From assembly GCF_009914755.1 (NCBI RefSeq), contig NC_060931.1: DNA of 64,000 nucleotides. The stretch is one strand, 5' to 3'. The notes beneath the pieces were generated by a model that saw nothing but the letters and a program-made list of their open reading frames with translations, made no database searches and was not told the DNA's origin. Origin of the DNA: the human T2T-CHM13v2.0 reference genome, Homo sapiens. Both the position numbers and the translations under genes were made by a program. Below, one piece after another: positions 1 to 15,205 of the stretch (the first letter of the stretch is position 1; each line of letters starts with the position of its first letter).

Positions 1-451
1 ATTTTTGTTCCCTCAGCAAAAGTCCATCTGAGACCTGCTTTCATTGCACTGCCTCGTGAGGAGCTGTAGGAGAAGATATCATAACTATTCCCCACTTCTA
101 ATTGTTAGAAGCAACAGCTGTCTATCAAGAACAATCTGAGGATTGTGCACAAATTGATTTGGGTCAGTTTCAAACATATGTATAGTAAGATGAATAAATA
201 ATAAACAGACATGAAAATATATACTCCTTTAAAAAACAACAAAAATGGGATTATACAATATATACGGTCTGCTCAAAATCTGTTGTGGGGTAAATCTCTA
301 ATTCTGGGAATTTTGGGTACCTGCAGGATACTGGTGGAAGTGATTTTTGGGTAAGATGGACTTTTATAAAATTTCAAATTTCTATCATCCAAGTGAATGT
401 TTGTTCTGCTGATGGGTTGAATCATCTCTTCACAGTTGGCCAGGCATTTAA

Positions 452-749
<298 letters not shown>

Positions 750-769
750 CGGAATTTAAAATTTTTTTG

Positions 770-1450
770 TATTTTCTGATTTTCATAGTACAATGCATTC
801 ATCATGGAAAGATTAGAAAAATAATTTTTCTTTAAGAAGAAAATTAAAATCATCCATAACTTCCCCATTGGGAGATATGTTACTGACAATTTGATGTGTT
901 TCCTTCCAGTATGAGTGTATGTGCGTAGATATCTTATAAATAAAATCAAACTGCAGGTACAGTTTTCTATCATGATTCTTTTACTTAACATTATATAGTA
1001 AGCATTTCCCTAGTTCATTAAAATGACTTGAAAGCATAATTCTATGGTTGTCTAATAATTCCATCATCTAGATATCACTAAACATTTCCCTGTCATTGGA
1101 CACGTAGATATCTAGATGTTTATTTATTTATTTATTTAGACAGGGTTTCACTGTGTCACACAGCTGGAGTGCACTGGTGGGATCTCAGCTCACTGCAGCT
1201 TTGACTTCTAGGGCACAAATGGTTTTCCCACTTCAGCCTCCTGAGTACAGGTGCACCCCACTATGCCCAGGTTAATTTTGTTTACTTTTTGTAGAGACGA
1301 GGTCTTACGATGTTGCCCAGGCCGGTCTCCAACTTGTGCACTCAGTAATCCTTCCATCACAGCTTCCCACAGTGCTGGGGTGTGAACCACCATGGCTGGC
1401 CTAGATTTTTTGTTTTAACATGATCATGTTGTGATGTATCTTAGAATGGA
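770..1450 (-). mobile_element. Old L1ME-type 3' fragment, interrupted by AluJ
   Basis: Degenerate L1ME-like motifs (aaaatcatccataac, gcatttccc, taataattccatc, ttggacacgtaga) on both sides of the Alu at 1119-1401. Confidence 0.5.
1119..1401 (-). mobile_element. AluJ
   Basis: (TTTA)n tail; gacagggtttcact and gcagctttgacttc are J-type features; highly diverged; flanks tagatgttt / tagattttt. Confidence 0.93.
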
Positions 1451-1891
1451 AGGTTTTACTCTTATCTCTAATGCTAGAATCTTGGGTATTGTTTGGAAAG
1501 AGTAGTTTTTTATAAACTGTTTCAACCTGCTCCTTCATCTATTATCCTCCAAAAAATCAACAGAAAACTCTGTGACCTCGTGCTTTGCCATTTAGAAATA
1601 TTTGAAAGGTTTTTAGAAAAAAAATTAGGATGTTCTAAATACATGTTAGAAGCTATGCTTTTTTAAAATAACAAAACAAAACAAAACAAAGGAAAAACAT
1701 CTTTTTGTTCTCTTCCTAGTTCTATCAAGTGCTGGCTTTCGATTCCAGTCTGACTTCACTACCACAGGAGCTTCTTGCTCAGGCTTCTGTTCCGGCTCCA
1801 TTCTCTCCCTGCCATTATAATGCCATCCACTGCAGCACCATCTCTTCAATCAGTGAGTTCATCCTTTCCTCCCTCACTTCTATTTTCTTGA

Positions 1892-2215
<324 letters not shown>

Positions 2216-3298
2216 TAATACTTATGTGTGATGCCCAGCAGATGCCAACAGTATTCATGGAGAGTCCCATTCCCAAGCTCTACAAAGTAGGGGTGAGGTA
2301 GAGCTAACCATCCTGTTTCACAGAGAAGCAGAGGGATTCACAGCTGTTCTCTGCCAGCCCTCATGTCTCACGATTCTGTGAAGTGACAGTTTCCATGGGC
2401 TCAGAGTAGTTGTTGCGAAGCTTTCTAGAGTCCTCTGACCCTGGAAGCTGCTAATTAAAGTGCCACCAAGATGCTTCCAGCGACTCTGAGCTAGTTACAC
2501 GTACATATTAAAGAGCTGACCTTCCCCCTTCTTGTCTGTCGTACCCCACTGTGAGTGCTGTGGGTGGTCAGCAAATAATAACAGTTAATAACTTTCTCTT
2601 ATTCTTTCAAAGCTCTTCAGAAATGCAAATTGCTGCCTTCAGAAGGAAGCACACGGGCCTATGAATTTTATATCAGCAGGGATTACCAATGAGTCATGCT
2701 TGATGTTGTAAAAACTATTCAGGTAGGCAGGCAGGTGCTGCAATAAGAGAATAGCATCCCTTTCCTGAATGTTCAGTTATTGAAGTGCACGCTCGCATGG
2801 GTATACACACAACCACACATGCCCAACTCACAAAAATAGACAATTATATAAAATATATGCCAAAATCTCCACAGAAAGGAAAGCTAAACTCTTTAAAACC
2901 AAATGCTTATCACGCTGCCGAAGAGAAGTAAATCTGTAAGGTGGTAAGCAGTGTTAATATGTGGGCGAGTGCCAGAACACATGCAGATGTGTGTTATTTA
3001 TGCCTTTAATTGTTATTTCCAGTAGGTATCTGGCTGTCAGTGCACATGAGTTAAGTACCGTAAAATAACAGATGTCACACATCTCACAAGAACAACAGGG
3101 AGTCAATATACGCGGCAGAGTAAATCTGATTACCTTAGATAGTAAGGAAAAGAGAAAGAATGCAAAACCAGATGAGCCTATGGCTGTAATTTAAAAAACA
3201 AATTATTCCATTTGAATATGTTCTATAGTAATTATGCATTTATACTGAGTACACTAAGAGAAAAGCCATCTTGGAAGAACAGAGCCGATTTGGGTAAT

Positions 3299-4100
3299 TG
3301 CAGTGAATTCTTATAATTTTATGTTGTCTTGGCATCCATTTTGAATACAAATTTAAGTTTGTTATACCAGAAGCGGAGCTCGATCACCCTTGACACAGTT
3401 TCTGGTTCTACACCACACCCAAATGGGCCCAGACGTGGCCAGAGATAAGAACCTAGAGGCATCTCTTCTGCATACCAGGGCTCCCTGCTTTCTCATTGGT
3501 TCCTTTAAATGAACCAGTCAGGCATTTGCCTGTGAACTGAAAGTGCCCCATACCCTATTCGTATATATATACTGCTGGCTGCCCTCTCTGTCTCTCTCTG
3601 CCTGACTCTTTGTTCTTGCCTGATGTGACCCAGGGATGAAGACTGTTCTTGACTCATTGTGCCCTCCCTACTCAGTCTCTGTAAATAAAAATCTTGGAAC
3701 TTGTTTCCTATGGTGGTGGTATGTTGGATTTGCACCTTCCATCTGAAGAACCAGGGGCTGCCCCAGGCTGGGTTTCTTCCAGGAAGCCAGGGAGAGCTCA
3801 AGGTTGGGCTCCCAGTGCCAGGGCAATGGTTGGGCAGGTATAAGCTGGATGCAGGTCAGACAAAAGCCATAGGGCATCTGCTGGCTTAAACAAGTTTCCC
3901 ATGTGAGGGACCATCTCTCTACCCACTTTTGGTCACTGATCAGACTACTAGGCACTAGGCCATCAGCCAAGTAAAAGAAGCATCCCCTGAAAGGCCCACT
4001 GCAAACATCCACATAGAGCTTCCCTACATTTCCCATTAGGGCAGGATTGCTAGCTGCCCTTGTGCTGGAACCCCAGTTTAGCTGGGGACTCTCAGTAACA
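3299..4100 (+). mobile_element. Solo ERV LTR, ~800 bp (tentatively MER54-like)
   Basis: TG...CA termini (tgcagtgaattcttataat ... ctcagtaaca), TATA-like run near 3563, AATAAA at 3684-3689. Family recalled from memory and uncertain; no clean TSD. Confidence 0.7.
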
Positions 4101-4840
4101 AAGTTTCTCTTAATTCTTAAAGGAACCAAGAAAAGGGGCAGAATAAGTGAGAGAATGAACGAGAATGAAAAAAAGAATAGAACCAGTCGGCCAGTGACAT
4201 TTTCTAGTGAAACACATATGGGATGCAAGAAAAGGACTCAGAAAAGCCTTGGGAGTAAATATTGAAATGATCTTGAATGATTTGGCAGGAGAAGATGTGT
4301 CAGCAGGGCTTACCGTATAGCTCCGAAGGATGGTGATGACGACACCACAGACCAAGATAGTTTACAAAGGCTTAATGGAGCTCAGATATTTGAGAAAAAA
4401 AAAAAAAAAGATTAACCATATTCAGCTGAGAAAAGGGAACACAAACACATCTGGGGAAAGTAATCTTAAATAAAGATACTCAGATGGAGAAAAACATGTG
4501 TCAAGCCTGGACCTGGAGTAAAAGCAGACAGAAAAAATTTGAGTTGCAAGGGATTACAACAGCTCAGAAAGGTGAGAAGTCCCTTCTGTGGTTTTAAACG
4601 CAGAGGTGTCTCATTATGAAACCTTGATAAAGGATTTCATGTCTCTTTACAAATGCAATGAGATCCTCGTTACATATCTGAATAAATGAACCATGCCCAC
4701 AATATACAATGCATTTTGAGGTTTGTGAATATGCAAAATGTAGCTGAAACTGTTCTAACTCCAACTATCATTTCTAGTCAAATGATTTTATAGAAACTTG
4801 TTTATCCTAAAGTGTAATTTTCAGATTGTAAAGAACTATT

Positions 4841-5082
4841 TAATAACAATCACGTTTACTATGTGCTGGGCACTTTTGTGAACACTTTACATATTTAAGT
4901 AAATAAATCCTCAGAACAGGCCCCCTCAATAGGTGCAATTGTCCCCCCACTTTCAGCAGATGAAGAATCCAAGTTACAGAGAGCTTAACGACCTTCCCAA
5001 GGTCACACATTGAATAAATGGTGATTCAGGGATTCAAACCCAGGCAGAGGATCTCCAGAGCTCATGCACCTTTAGCACTACA
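4841..5082 (-). mobile_element. MIR SINE
   Basis: Reverse-complement MIR core: cagatgaagaatccaag...cccaaggtcacac...gggattcaaacccaggcag. Confidence 0.85.
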
Positions 5083-5923
5083 CTAGACTCTCTGTCTGTG
5101 GCAGAAAAAATCTAACTAGATAATTCCCTTTAGTTTGGAGGATAGACTTGATCTGTGAATGAGACTAGAAGGGCCAATGAGATATCCCCAGCCTCTACCA
5201 TTTATCTGGGACTATATCTTCCTGTCTACTCGCTTCCAAATATCCAGTTCCCCCTTAAAGGTAATCTGTGTGGCCTGCAGGACATGGGGACATGGGGTCT
5301 TATGTTATATTTTGTGCTCCAGCACCTGGACATGCATCATCTTTGGCGCATTGAGCTGGAGTGGTCGTGGAGAGACACAGACATGCTGAAGACTATGAGG
5401 AGCCTATATAGACCTAAGAATTCCTTATGACTTTTGTGATTTGATTGAGAAATTAGAACTGCAGTTAATTTTAGGAGAGTGTTTAAAGTGACCACAGTGG
5501 ATAATTTTGGAAAATTCTCCGTGTAAACATATATAACTATGCTACATGTTACTTACAAAACATTCATTTCTTTGGGGACACTATTTGTCTCCCCAGAATC
5601 TTGAGGCATAGATGGTTGCCCCAATTACTGTGCTTTTAAGGAATACATAAGATTATGATTACATCAGAATACATTTCTCACTGGGCTGCCATTGTGCTCT
5701 TCTTTTTTCCTCTCTGGCCAAAGTCTCTTAGAAGTAGAGTTACTACTTTTTTTAGACAACAAAAGCATACTGCCTCTGGAAGACCATTGTTTAAATCCAA
5801 ACTCAACGTAGGGTGAGTCTTGTGACTGATCAAATTTCCCTCTGTGCATTGGCAGCTATGAGCCTCTGAGCCAGAGTTGTGACCCAGTCCTAGTAAATAT
5901 ATCATCACCCTTTATTGTCTTAA

Positions 5924-6262
<339 letters not shown>

Positions 6263-6293
6263 ATTTGCCCAATTTCTTGACTTACCGTTTTAC

Positions 6294-7060
6294 TGGTGTA
6301 TGCTGAATTGTATCCCTTTAAGATTCATATGTCAAAGTCATAACCCCTGGTATTTCAGAATGTGACTGTATTTGGACATAGGATCTTTAAAGAGGTAGTG
6401 AAGTTAAAGTGAGGTCATTAGGGCAGGCTCTAATCCAATATGACTGGTGGTGTCTTATAAGGAGAGATTAGGAAACAGATACACAGAAAAAAGACCATGT
6501 GAGGACACAGGGAGAAGGCAGCCATCTATAAGGCAGAAAGAGAGGCCTCACTGGAAATCAACCCCAAAGGCACCTTTGTCTTGGACTTACAGCCTCTGAA
6601 ATTGTGAGAAAATAAATTTGTCTTGTTTGAGCCTCTCAGTCTATGGTATGTTATTATGGCAGTCTGTTATGGACTAAATTATGTTCCCCCAAAATTCATA
6701 TATTGAAACCCTAACCTCCAGTGTAGACTGTATTTGGGGATAGGGACTTTAGGGAGGTAATTAAGACAGGTGGGTCCCTAATCTGATAGGACTGGTGACA
6801 TAATAAGAAAAGGAAGAAACACCAAGAGAGCTCCCTCTTTCCATGTAGAGAAGAAGCCAAGTGAGGACACAGTAGGAAGGCAGCCGTCTACAAGCTAGGA
6901 AGAGAGTCCTCACTAGAAAACAGTCCCAATGGCACTTTGACCTTGGACTTTCAGCCTCCAGAACTGTGTGAAGATAAATTTCTGTTATTTAATCCACCTA
7001 GACTGTGGTATTTTGTGTTGGCCCTAGCAGACTAACAGGTAGCCCTAGCAAACAAATACA
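6294..7060 (+). mobile_element. MLT1B-type MaLR solo LTR (outer), split by a nested LTR
   Basis: Starts tggtgtatgctgaattg, ends ctagcaaacaaataca; perfect 5-bp TSD TTTAC at 6289-6293 and 7061-7065. Confidence 0.88.
6665..7039 (+). mobile_element. MLT1A-type MaLR solo LTR nested in the outer MLT1
   Basis: A fresh LTR start (tgttatggactaaattatgttcccc) inside the 3' end of the outer LTR; degenerate TSD cagtc / tagcc. Confidence 0.85.
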
Positions 7061-8007
7061 TTTACCTTGTTCTATTGTTTGGATGTTTTTAGAGGTGCCT
7101 TAAATCTTCATTGGAGCAAACCATGTTTGTGTTGATCTCATTTGTAGATATGAAAAAGGAGTAAGTGTTAGCCTGTTTTAAACTGCAAATGCAGTGATTA
7201 AAAAAAGGTATCAAAATGTGCAAGCCAGCAAAGTGTGGCTAAAAAAATGTTTTTATTGATTAATAAACTTCATTCTCTTAAGCAAAATGAAGTATTAACC
7301 TCATAATTATTAAACTCCAATTTTTTTGAGTGAAGCTTATGGTTAAATAAGCCAATAAAAATGAACTCTGCTTTTTTGGGTGCAGAAGGTAATTTGAAGA
7401 AGATGGACCAGAAAACTGAGCTTGAGTCTTAACCTGGCACTGCTGTTTCTGCCATTCGGAGAAGCTGACTGGCCTCTTCAACTCTTGCATGGGAGCCTTA
7501 GTGGTGACTCAGCCCAGGGACAGTCCAAAAAAAATCCCTTTAATGTGAACCTGCTGCCAGCCACATGTACCTTGAGGGTGGAACATCTCAACCACAAGAA
7601 TTACCTTCTTTGGGAGTGGGAGAGTTGGAGATGAGATGGACTAAAGTTTTGGTGTCTATTGATTCCTTTCCTTCATCTAAAGTTTAACCTCTTTCTCCCT
7701 TTCAAGAGATTGGAATAGAATTCTCAGTTCAATAGGCCCATGTGATGAGGTCAAGAGAGTTGTGTTCAACATTTTATCTTTGCTTTACTTCTCCTGGCTC
7801 ACTAAGGGATCATTCACAATGAGAGGCTGGAAGTAAGCTGATAAAATTAAAATGTAGCACATGGCATATCCAGACAGAAATAACTTGTGCTAAGAATTGT
7901 GTCTGGCTTACCTGGTTTTGCCTACCATGGGCATCTTCAATTAACCAGCTAAGATAGCTGGTATAAGTATTCAAATATAGTAATGTCTAGACTTATTATT
8001 TAATCAT

Positions 8008-8068
8008 ATATATGTATGTGTATGCATGCGTTTGTATGTGTGTCTATCTATCTATCTAACTATATATC
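8008..8068. repeat. Compound (TA)/(TATG)/(TCTA) microsatellite
   Basis: atatatatgtatgtgtatgcatgcg...tctatctatctatcta. Confidence 0.75.
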
Positions 8069-8666
8069 ATCTGTTGATCCGCCATAATCTCTAAAGGCTA
8101 TAAAGTATATTAACCAGGATTCTTTAGTTATAGGTAGCCTAAGCTAATTCTTGTTAATGCTAGCAAAAAGAAAATTTATTGGAGGTATTCACCATAGAAT
8201 GTATAAGCTTAGAAATATGTTGGCTTCCATGCTATCACAGAACAATAACAGAAACCAGAATAGTTCGGCAGATCTCTAGGCAGTGGAGATTATCTGACCA
8301 TCTTTTATAGGCTCTGCTCCTGCAATGAAGGTGCCCTAAACTTAATTTTTAAAAAACTATCCTTGTATCACTTCTCTCTATGTTCAAAGTCCAGGGAGAG
8401 AGAATTTCATTCCATGACTTGGTGCCAAATCTCTGGTTAGGGTAAGGTACAGTTTGACTAAGGCTGCATGGAGAGGTGGAGAAGTAATTCTCCCAAAAAG
8501 GACTTGATATAACACTAGGAAGAAGGAAGCATTCTTGGTTGGCCAAACAGTAACGATAACAATGACAATAATAACAGCAAGAAATGTCCACTGTATTTTA
8601 ACTCCTTGTTTCTGATTTGGTGATCTGATGAGGGTGGCTCCTCTCCAGTGTGTCTTAGGATGTTTT

Positions 8667-8975
<309 letters not shown>

Positions 8976-10324
8976 TAGGCTGTTTTTGGCACCCCCTATC
9001 TGAAAGAGGATGTCTACCTGTTGCTTTAGGATTCATGCCATTTATCACAGAGAGTGGTTAGCCTTTATTTATGCTCTGCTCAAAGCGAATTTAAAGTACA
9101 GAATTACCATCAGCTAATTTGCAAGGTATAGTATCCTTCCAGGATCCTTTGGAAGCTGCTGGATGCCTGCTGCACGAGTTTTGGAGGAAGCATGACTGTG
9201 GGAGTCCCCCCCCTTCATCCTGCCCTGGGTCTGTGTGCTCTCGGCTGGCTGTCTCTCGTGGGACAATGAGGCTACTCTTCTTCAAGGCTAGATGATAAGG
9301 GCTTCTGGTCCTTCTTGGTGGAAATGGCCACTTTTGCATGGAGGCTAAGCTCAGGCCATTTTGGTTTAACCAGAACATGCCCACACCATGTAGGCTATCA
9401 CACGCTACTTGAGAGGGAAAGAAGATTCTGAGGGTTTATATAGTATGAAGAATGTCTTTTCTCAAATTAACTCTGAATCTGCTCTGAAGGGGGGTGGGCA
9501 TAGCAGTGAGAAACTGTGGGTACACAGGAGAAAGTGCAGAATGTACAGGAAGGCCACCTGGATGGGTCTCTGAGCATCCCCAGGAGTGCAGGGCTTTAGG
9601 CTGGCAGGGCTTCCTTGCCTCACTGTCAGAGCATTTCTGTTCATTCTCATCCCACATCGCATAGCTTCCCTTATTAAGTGCCCAGAATCCTTGTGCTTTC
9701 TCTCTCAGTTCTTGTTAGAGTGGATGGGAAGTAGTCTCATAAACATATATCAAGGTGTTAGGAACTGCATGGGCTGCCCCTTCAAAGAGAAATTTCCTTT
9801 GAGAGGGGTTAGGATGATTTATAAAACAACGAAATTAATCCTTCTGGTGGGATTTTTAGTTACCATAATTGTGGGGGAAAATATTATTGGATAACAGGGG
9901 ACTTCATATCCTTACAAAACACAGGATCTTGACCACTTCCTAATTCCGCCCATGTACTACCTTATTTACCTTACCGTGGGGCATTTCCAAGCTACTGTGG
10001 AGAGAGGAAAATAATGTGAAGCACGAAAAGTGGCCAAGCTGCATAACAAGTTCTGTGCCTTCAGGCAGGAGCTTGTGGAAGGAGCCATAGAAAAGTTGAT
10101 TCAGAGGGCATTTAGCCAACAGAGCATTTAAACCCTCTCTTAGATCCATTTAAACCCAGAGGATGTCTTCCATGTTCTTGAGCTTTTTACAATTCTACAA
10201 AAAGCTAAACCAATATACACTAGGGTATAAGAAGAAGCGACAGAAATTGACTCAGGAGCGTTTAGTAAACTAACTGAAGGCAATGATTATGCTTTCAATG
10301 CCTTTGTATCACACCATTCAGCCT

Positions 10325-10610
10325 GATTCATTCAATGCATTTAGCAAACATTCTCTGAGCATCTTCTATGTGCCAGATGCTGTGCTGGATGTTGGAGATT
10401 CTAAATCATTAAGATGTGGTTCCTGTCTTGAAAGAACACAGAACCTAGTGGAGAAGATGGAAATTATGGGCACACGACAGTTACAAAATAATGTGAAGTC
10501 CATTCCTAGTTGTAGAAGTAAAATGCCATTGTATCATTGAGAGTAGAAAAAATTAATTCTGTCTGGCTTTAGAGACACACTGGCATTTGAGCTCAGCCTT
10601 GGAGGACAAG
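10325..10610 (-). mobile_element. L2 3' end
   Basis: tcattcaatgcatttagcaaacattctctgagcatcttctatgtgccag is the reverse complement of the L2 tail. Confidence 0.75.
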
Positions 10611-10974
10611 ATGGTTTCTCAGTAGCTCATTAGCTTGGCATCCTGAATATAGCAAAGACTTAATAAATGTCATTGCCTAATAACCTCAAAGATAGAGGAA
10701 ACTAGAATTCCTTGAAATTTAAGTCCATTGTTGTTTTTCCATTTTCTGCCTGGATTGAGGTAGACCCATTTCTCATTCAGACCCCTACCTGGTGTGGCAT
10801 CACTGGACTCCTATAAATCATCCATGTTCCTGAGATTATCACATGGACCCTACCTAGGACATGGGAGTGGAAGCTTGCCATATGATGAATACCAAATTAG
10901 CTGTTGAAATTATCATCTCTCCTACTTTTTTCCATTGGAGGGTTTTATATTTTTAAGTTTATGACCTTGACACT

Positions 10975-11325
10975 TGTCTTAGTCTGTTTTGTGCTGCTAT
11001 AGCAGAATACTTGAGAATAGAGATTTAGTTTTTACCGTTCTAGAGGCTTGGAAGTCCAAGGTCAAGGGGCTCACATCTGGCAAGTGCCTTTGTTTTGTGT
11101 CATCCCACAGTGGAAGGCAGAAGGGCAAGAGAGCGTGAGAAAGAGCAAAAGTAGGGCAAACTTACTGTTTAACAAACCCACTCCTGCCATAATGACATTA
11201 GTCCACTCATGAGGGCAGAGTCATCAGGACCTAATCACCTCTTAAAGGCCTCACCTCTAAACGTGGTTGCACTGGAGATTACATTTCCAACACATGAACT
11301 TTGGGGATGCATTCAAATCATAGCA
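10975..11325 (-). mobile_element. MST (MSTC/D-type) MaLR solo LTR
   Basis: tgtcttagtctgttttgtgctgctata ... attcaaatcatagca; 5-bp TSD acact / acatt. Confidence 0.88.
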
Positions 11326-12549
11326 ACATTACATTCATAGCCCTAGCAATTCAACTCGAAGTACATTCTGATGACTGACTAAAATTTATTGCTGTGGTGA
11401 CACTTAATCTGGCACCAGTGATAAGTCAATTCTAGGGCTGTAAGTTTTAGATTTATAATGAAATTTTGATTAAACTGGGCTTTTTAAAAATAGTGGTATT
11501 TATTCTGTGAACTAGCACAGTATGTAGAAAATGAATGGTGAAAAACCCACTACAAATCCTTCTGTGTAGTCATTAGCGACTCTATATTTAACAGTAATAA
11601 TTGCATTATCTTTATGTACTTAATTTCTGTTTTCAGGCACCCTAAAAAAGTAAACAATCGAATGTTGGAGAAAAATGTGCAGGCCACTTCCACAGGTTGT
11701 TTTTGTCTGCCTCTAGATAGTACTATACAACACCTGAATGAAAGAGAACAAACTCTACGAACCATCAGATATTTCAAAAATATCTGAATTTGGATGATAT
11801 AGAAAAATCAATGAAATAATCGGTGGAATCTGTCAATCTTTATTTAAACTTCACACTGGATATTAAAGCCTTTGCTGTTCGTTGTCAGCCTTTAGAGTTC
11901 AGAAAGAGTGAAATTCTAATTTTCTCCACAAGGTGGGAGTAGAACACTAAAAGTGTTTTGAAATGGCCCTCATGAAAAGGTGTCATATATTTATTTGTGT
12001 TAAGAAAAACCATACTCTAGCAAGAAATAAGAAAAAAGAATTTTAAAAAGTCTACTAAAAATTAGTAATCTTTGTGTCCTCATGTTCACATTAATTTTAG
12101 CCTCTTTAGAGTTTGTAAATTTTCTACAAATTTCACCTTCAAACTAAATACAGGGTTTACAAAATGGACAAAGAAAAGAAACAACAATTGCCAGTGAAGG
12201 GAAATACTACACATTTCATCTTGAGTCGTAATATGTGAAGTCTCAAGTGTTTTGGTAGTGATTATGAATTTTCTCAAGATGGTTGGCTGTCTGGCTGTCT
12301 GGCTGGGGAACGTATATTTTTGAGGCTTGAAGATCAGTAGAAAATAGGTTGGGCAAAATAGTTGCATGTGGTTAACAATTTGGACAGAGTCTAAACTTAC
12401 ATGAAAAGGTAAATATTTAATCTGTCTTTCTGGTCTTGTTTATAGAGCCTTTTATCAAGAGAGAAAATCAGGCCAGTCTTCTATTTCAACTCTAACTCAA
12501 GATTCTTTTCTTTCAGGAAAACATTCATGATCTCATTCCACCTGAAGCC

Positions 12550-12728
12550 AGTGCCTCTGTAATGTGTAGCAGAATCCTATGGAGAAGTTGTAAAAACACA
12601 AAATGTTGGCCCCACCCCAAGAGTTTCTGATTTTGCAGGTCTGGAGAGGGCCTGTGATACGTACTTCTAACAAGCTCCCAGGCGATGCTAATGTTGCTGG
12701 TCTAGAAACACACTTTGAGAGCCACTGT
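12550..12728. mobile_element. MER5A (hAT-Charlie MITE)
   Basis: Terminal inverted repeats cagtg... / ...ctttgagagccactg; core ttctaacaagctcccaggcgatgctaatg. Confidence 0.85.
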
Positions 12729-13222
12729 TTTACAATGTATTCACCCAGCTTATGCAATCAACTACTATCACAGCAAAGTCCAAAGAATGCTCCTTATTTG
12801 TTTGTTATACTGGAGTTTGGCTTGGCTAAATATTATTTGAAACTGAATGGCTGTTGATTGTGGCTCAGAAACTGTTTTCTTCATAGCGCTGCAATTGGAT
12901 TTATTTATTAGAATTTGAGCTGAATGTTGTCGTACATTTTGGTTACATTGGTTTCTCAGGATATTTTATAGGTACATGTTGTCTCTTTCTAAGTGCACTG
13001 TCACTTGAGGTGGGCCTGGGCCTTTTGTTCCTGTTTGTCCTTACTCTTCCACGGAGCTAGCAGTCTCCAGCACAGGGGTGATCAGTTCTTAATCACTGAA
13101 GACTAATTAATCTTTCAGTATACATGCTATTTTAGTGAGTAATTTTTGCCAGAAATACTAGTGCTGATGTAAAATAAGGGTTAGGATTAGGGAAGGATTT
13201 GGCCTGAATAATTCAATTTATA

Positions 13223-13843
13223 TGTATAAGTCAGGGTTCTCTAGAGAAATAGAATCAATAGGGTGTGTGTGTGTGTGTGTGTGTGTGTGGTGGTGGTGGC
13301 AGTGCAGGGACAGAGACAGAGAGACAGGGAGGGAGAGAGAGAGAGGGACAGAAAGAGAGAGAGAGATTTATGAGAAGGAATTGGCTCACACAATCACGGA
13401 GGCTGAGAAGTCCCTAGGATCTGCAGTCAGCTAGCTGGAGACCAAGGAGAGCTGATGGTATTGTTCCAGTCCAAGTCCAAAACCCTGAGAACCAGGAGAG
13501 ATGATAGTGCAAGTTTCAGTCCAAAAGATGCCAAATTCAAGATCCAAGAAGAACTGATGTTTCAGTTTGCGTCTAAAGGCAGGAAAAGACCGATGTCTCA
13601 GCTCAAGTATCAGGCAGAAGGAGTGCCCTCTTAAAAAGAATCAGCCTTTTTGTTCTATTCAGGCCTTCAACTCATTGGATGAGGGCCACATGCATTAGGG
13701 AAGGCAATCTGCTTTCCGCAGTCTGTGCATTCATATGTTAATCTCATCCAAAAACACCCTTACAGACACACCCAGAATTATGCTTGACCTAATACCTGGG
13801 CACTCCACATCCCAGTCAAGTTGACACAAAATTAACCATCACA
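13223..13843 (-). mobile_element. MLT2B-type (ERVL) solo LTR with internal (TG)n/(GA)n
   Basis: tgtataagtcagggttctctagaga ... aaattaaccatcaca; TSD ttata / ctata. Confidence 0.9.
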
Positions 13844-13883
13844 CTATATATGTATAATCATTAGTTAAATGGAAATTGGTTCA

Positions 13884-15205
<1,322 letters not shown>

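Noticed and set aside
3668-4228. 186-aa minus-strand ORF
   Set aside because: Mostly spans an LTR in antisense; no recognisable domain or exon context.
4110-4600. Possible L3/CR1 remnant or exon
   Set aside because: Too diverged to call by eye; no supported reading frame or splice pair.
11925-11940. CTCF-like CCACAAGGTGGGAG
   Set aside because: Mismatch at the strongly conserved C of GGC; not supportable without data.
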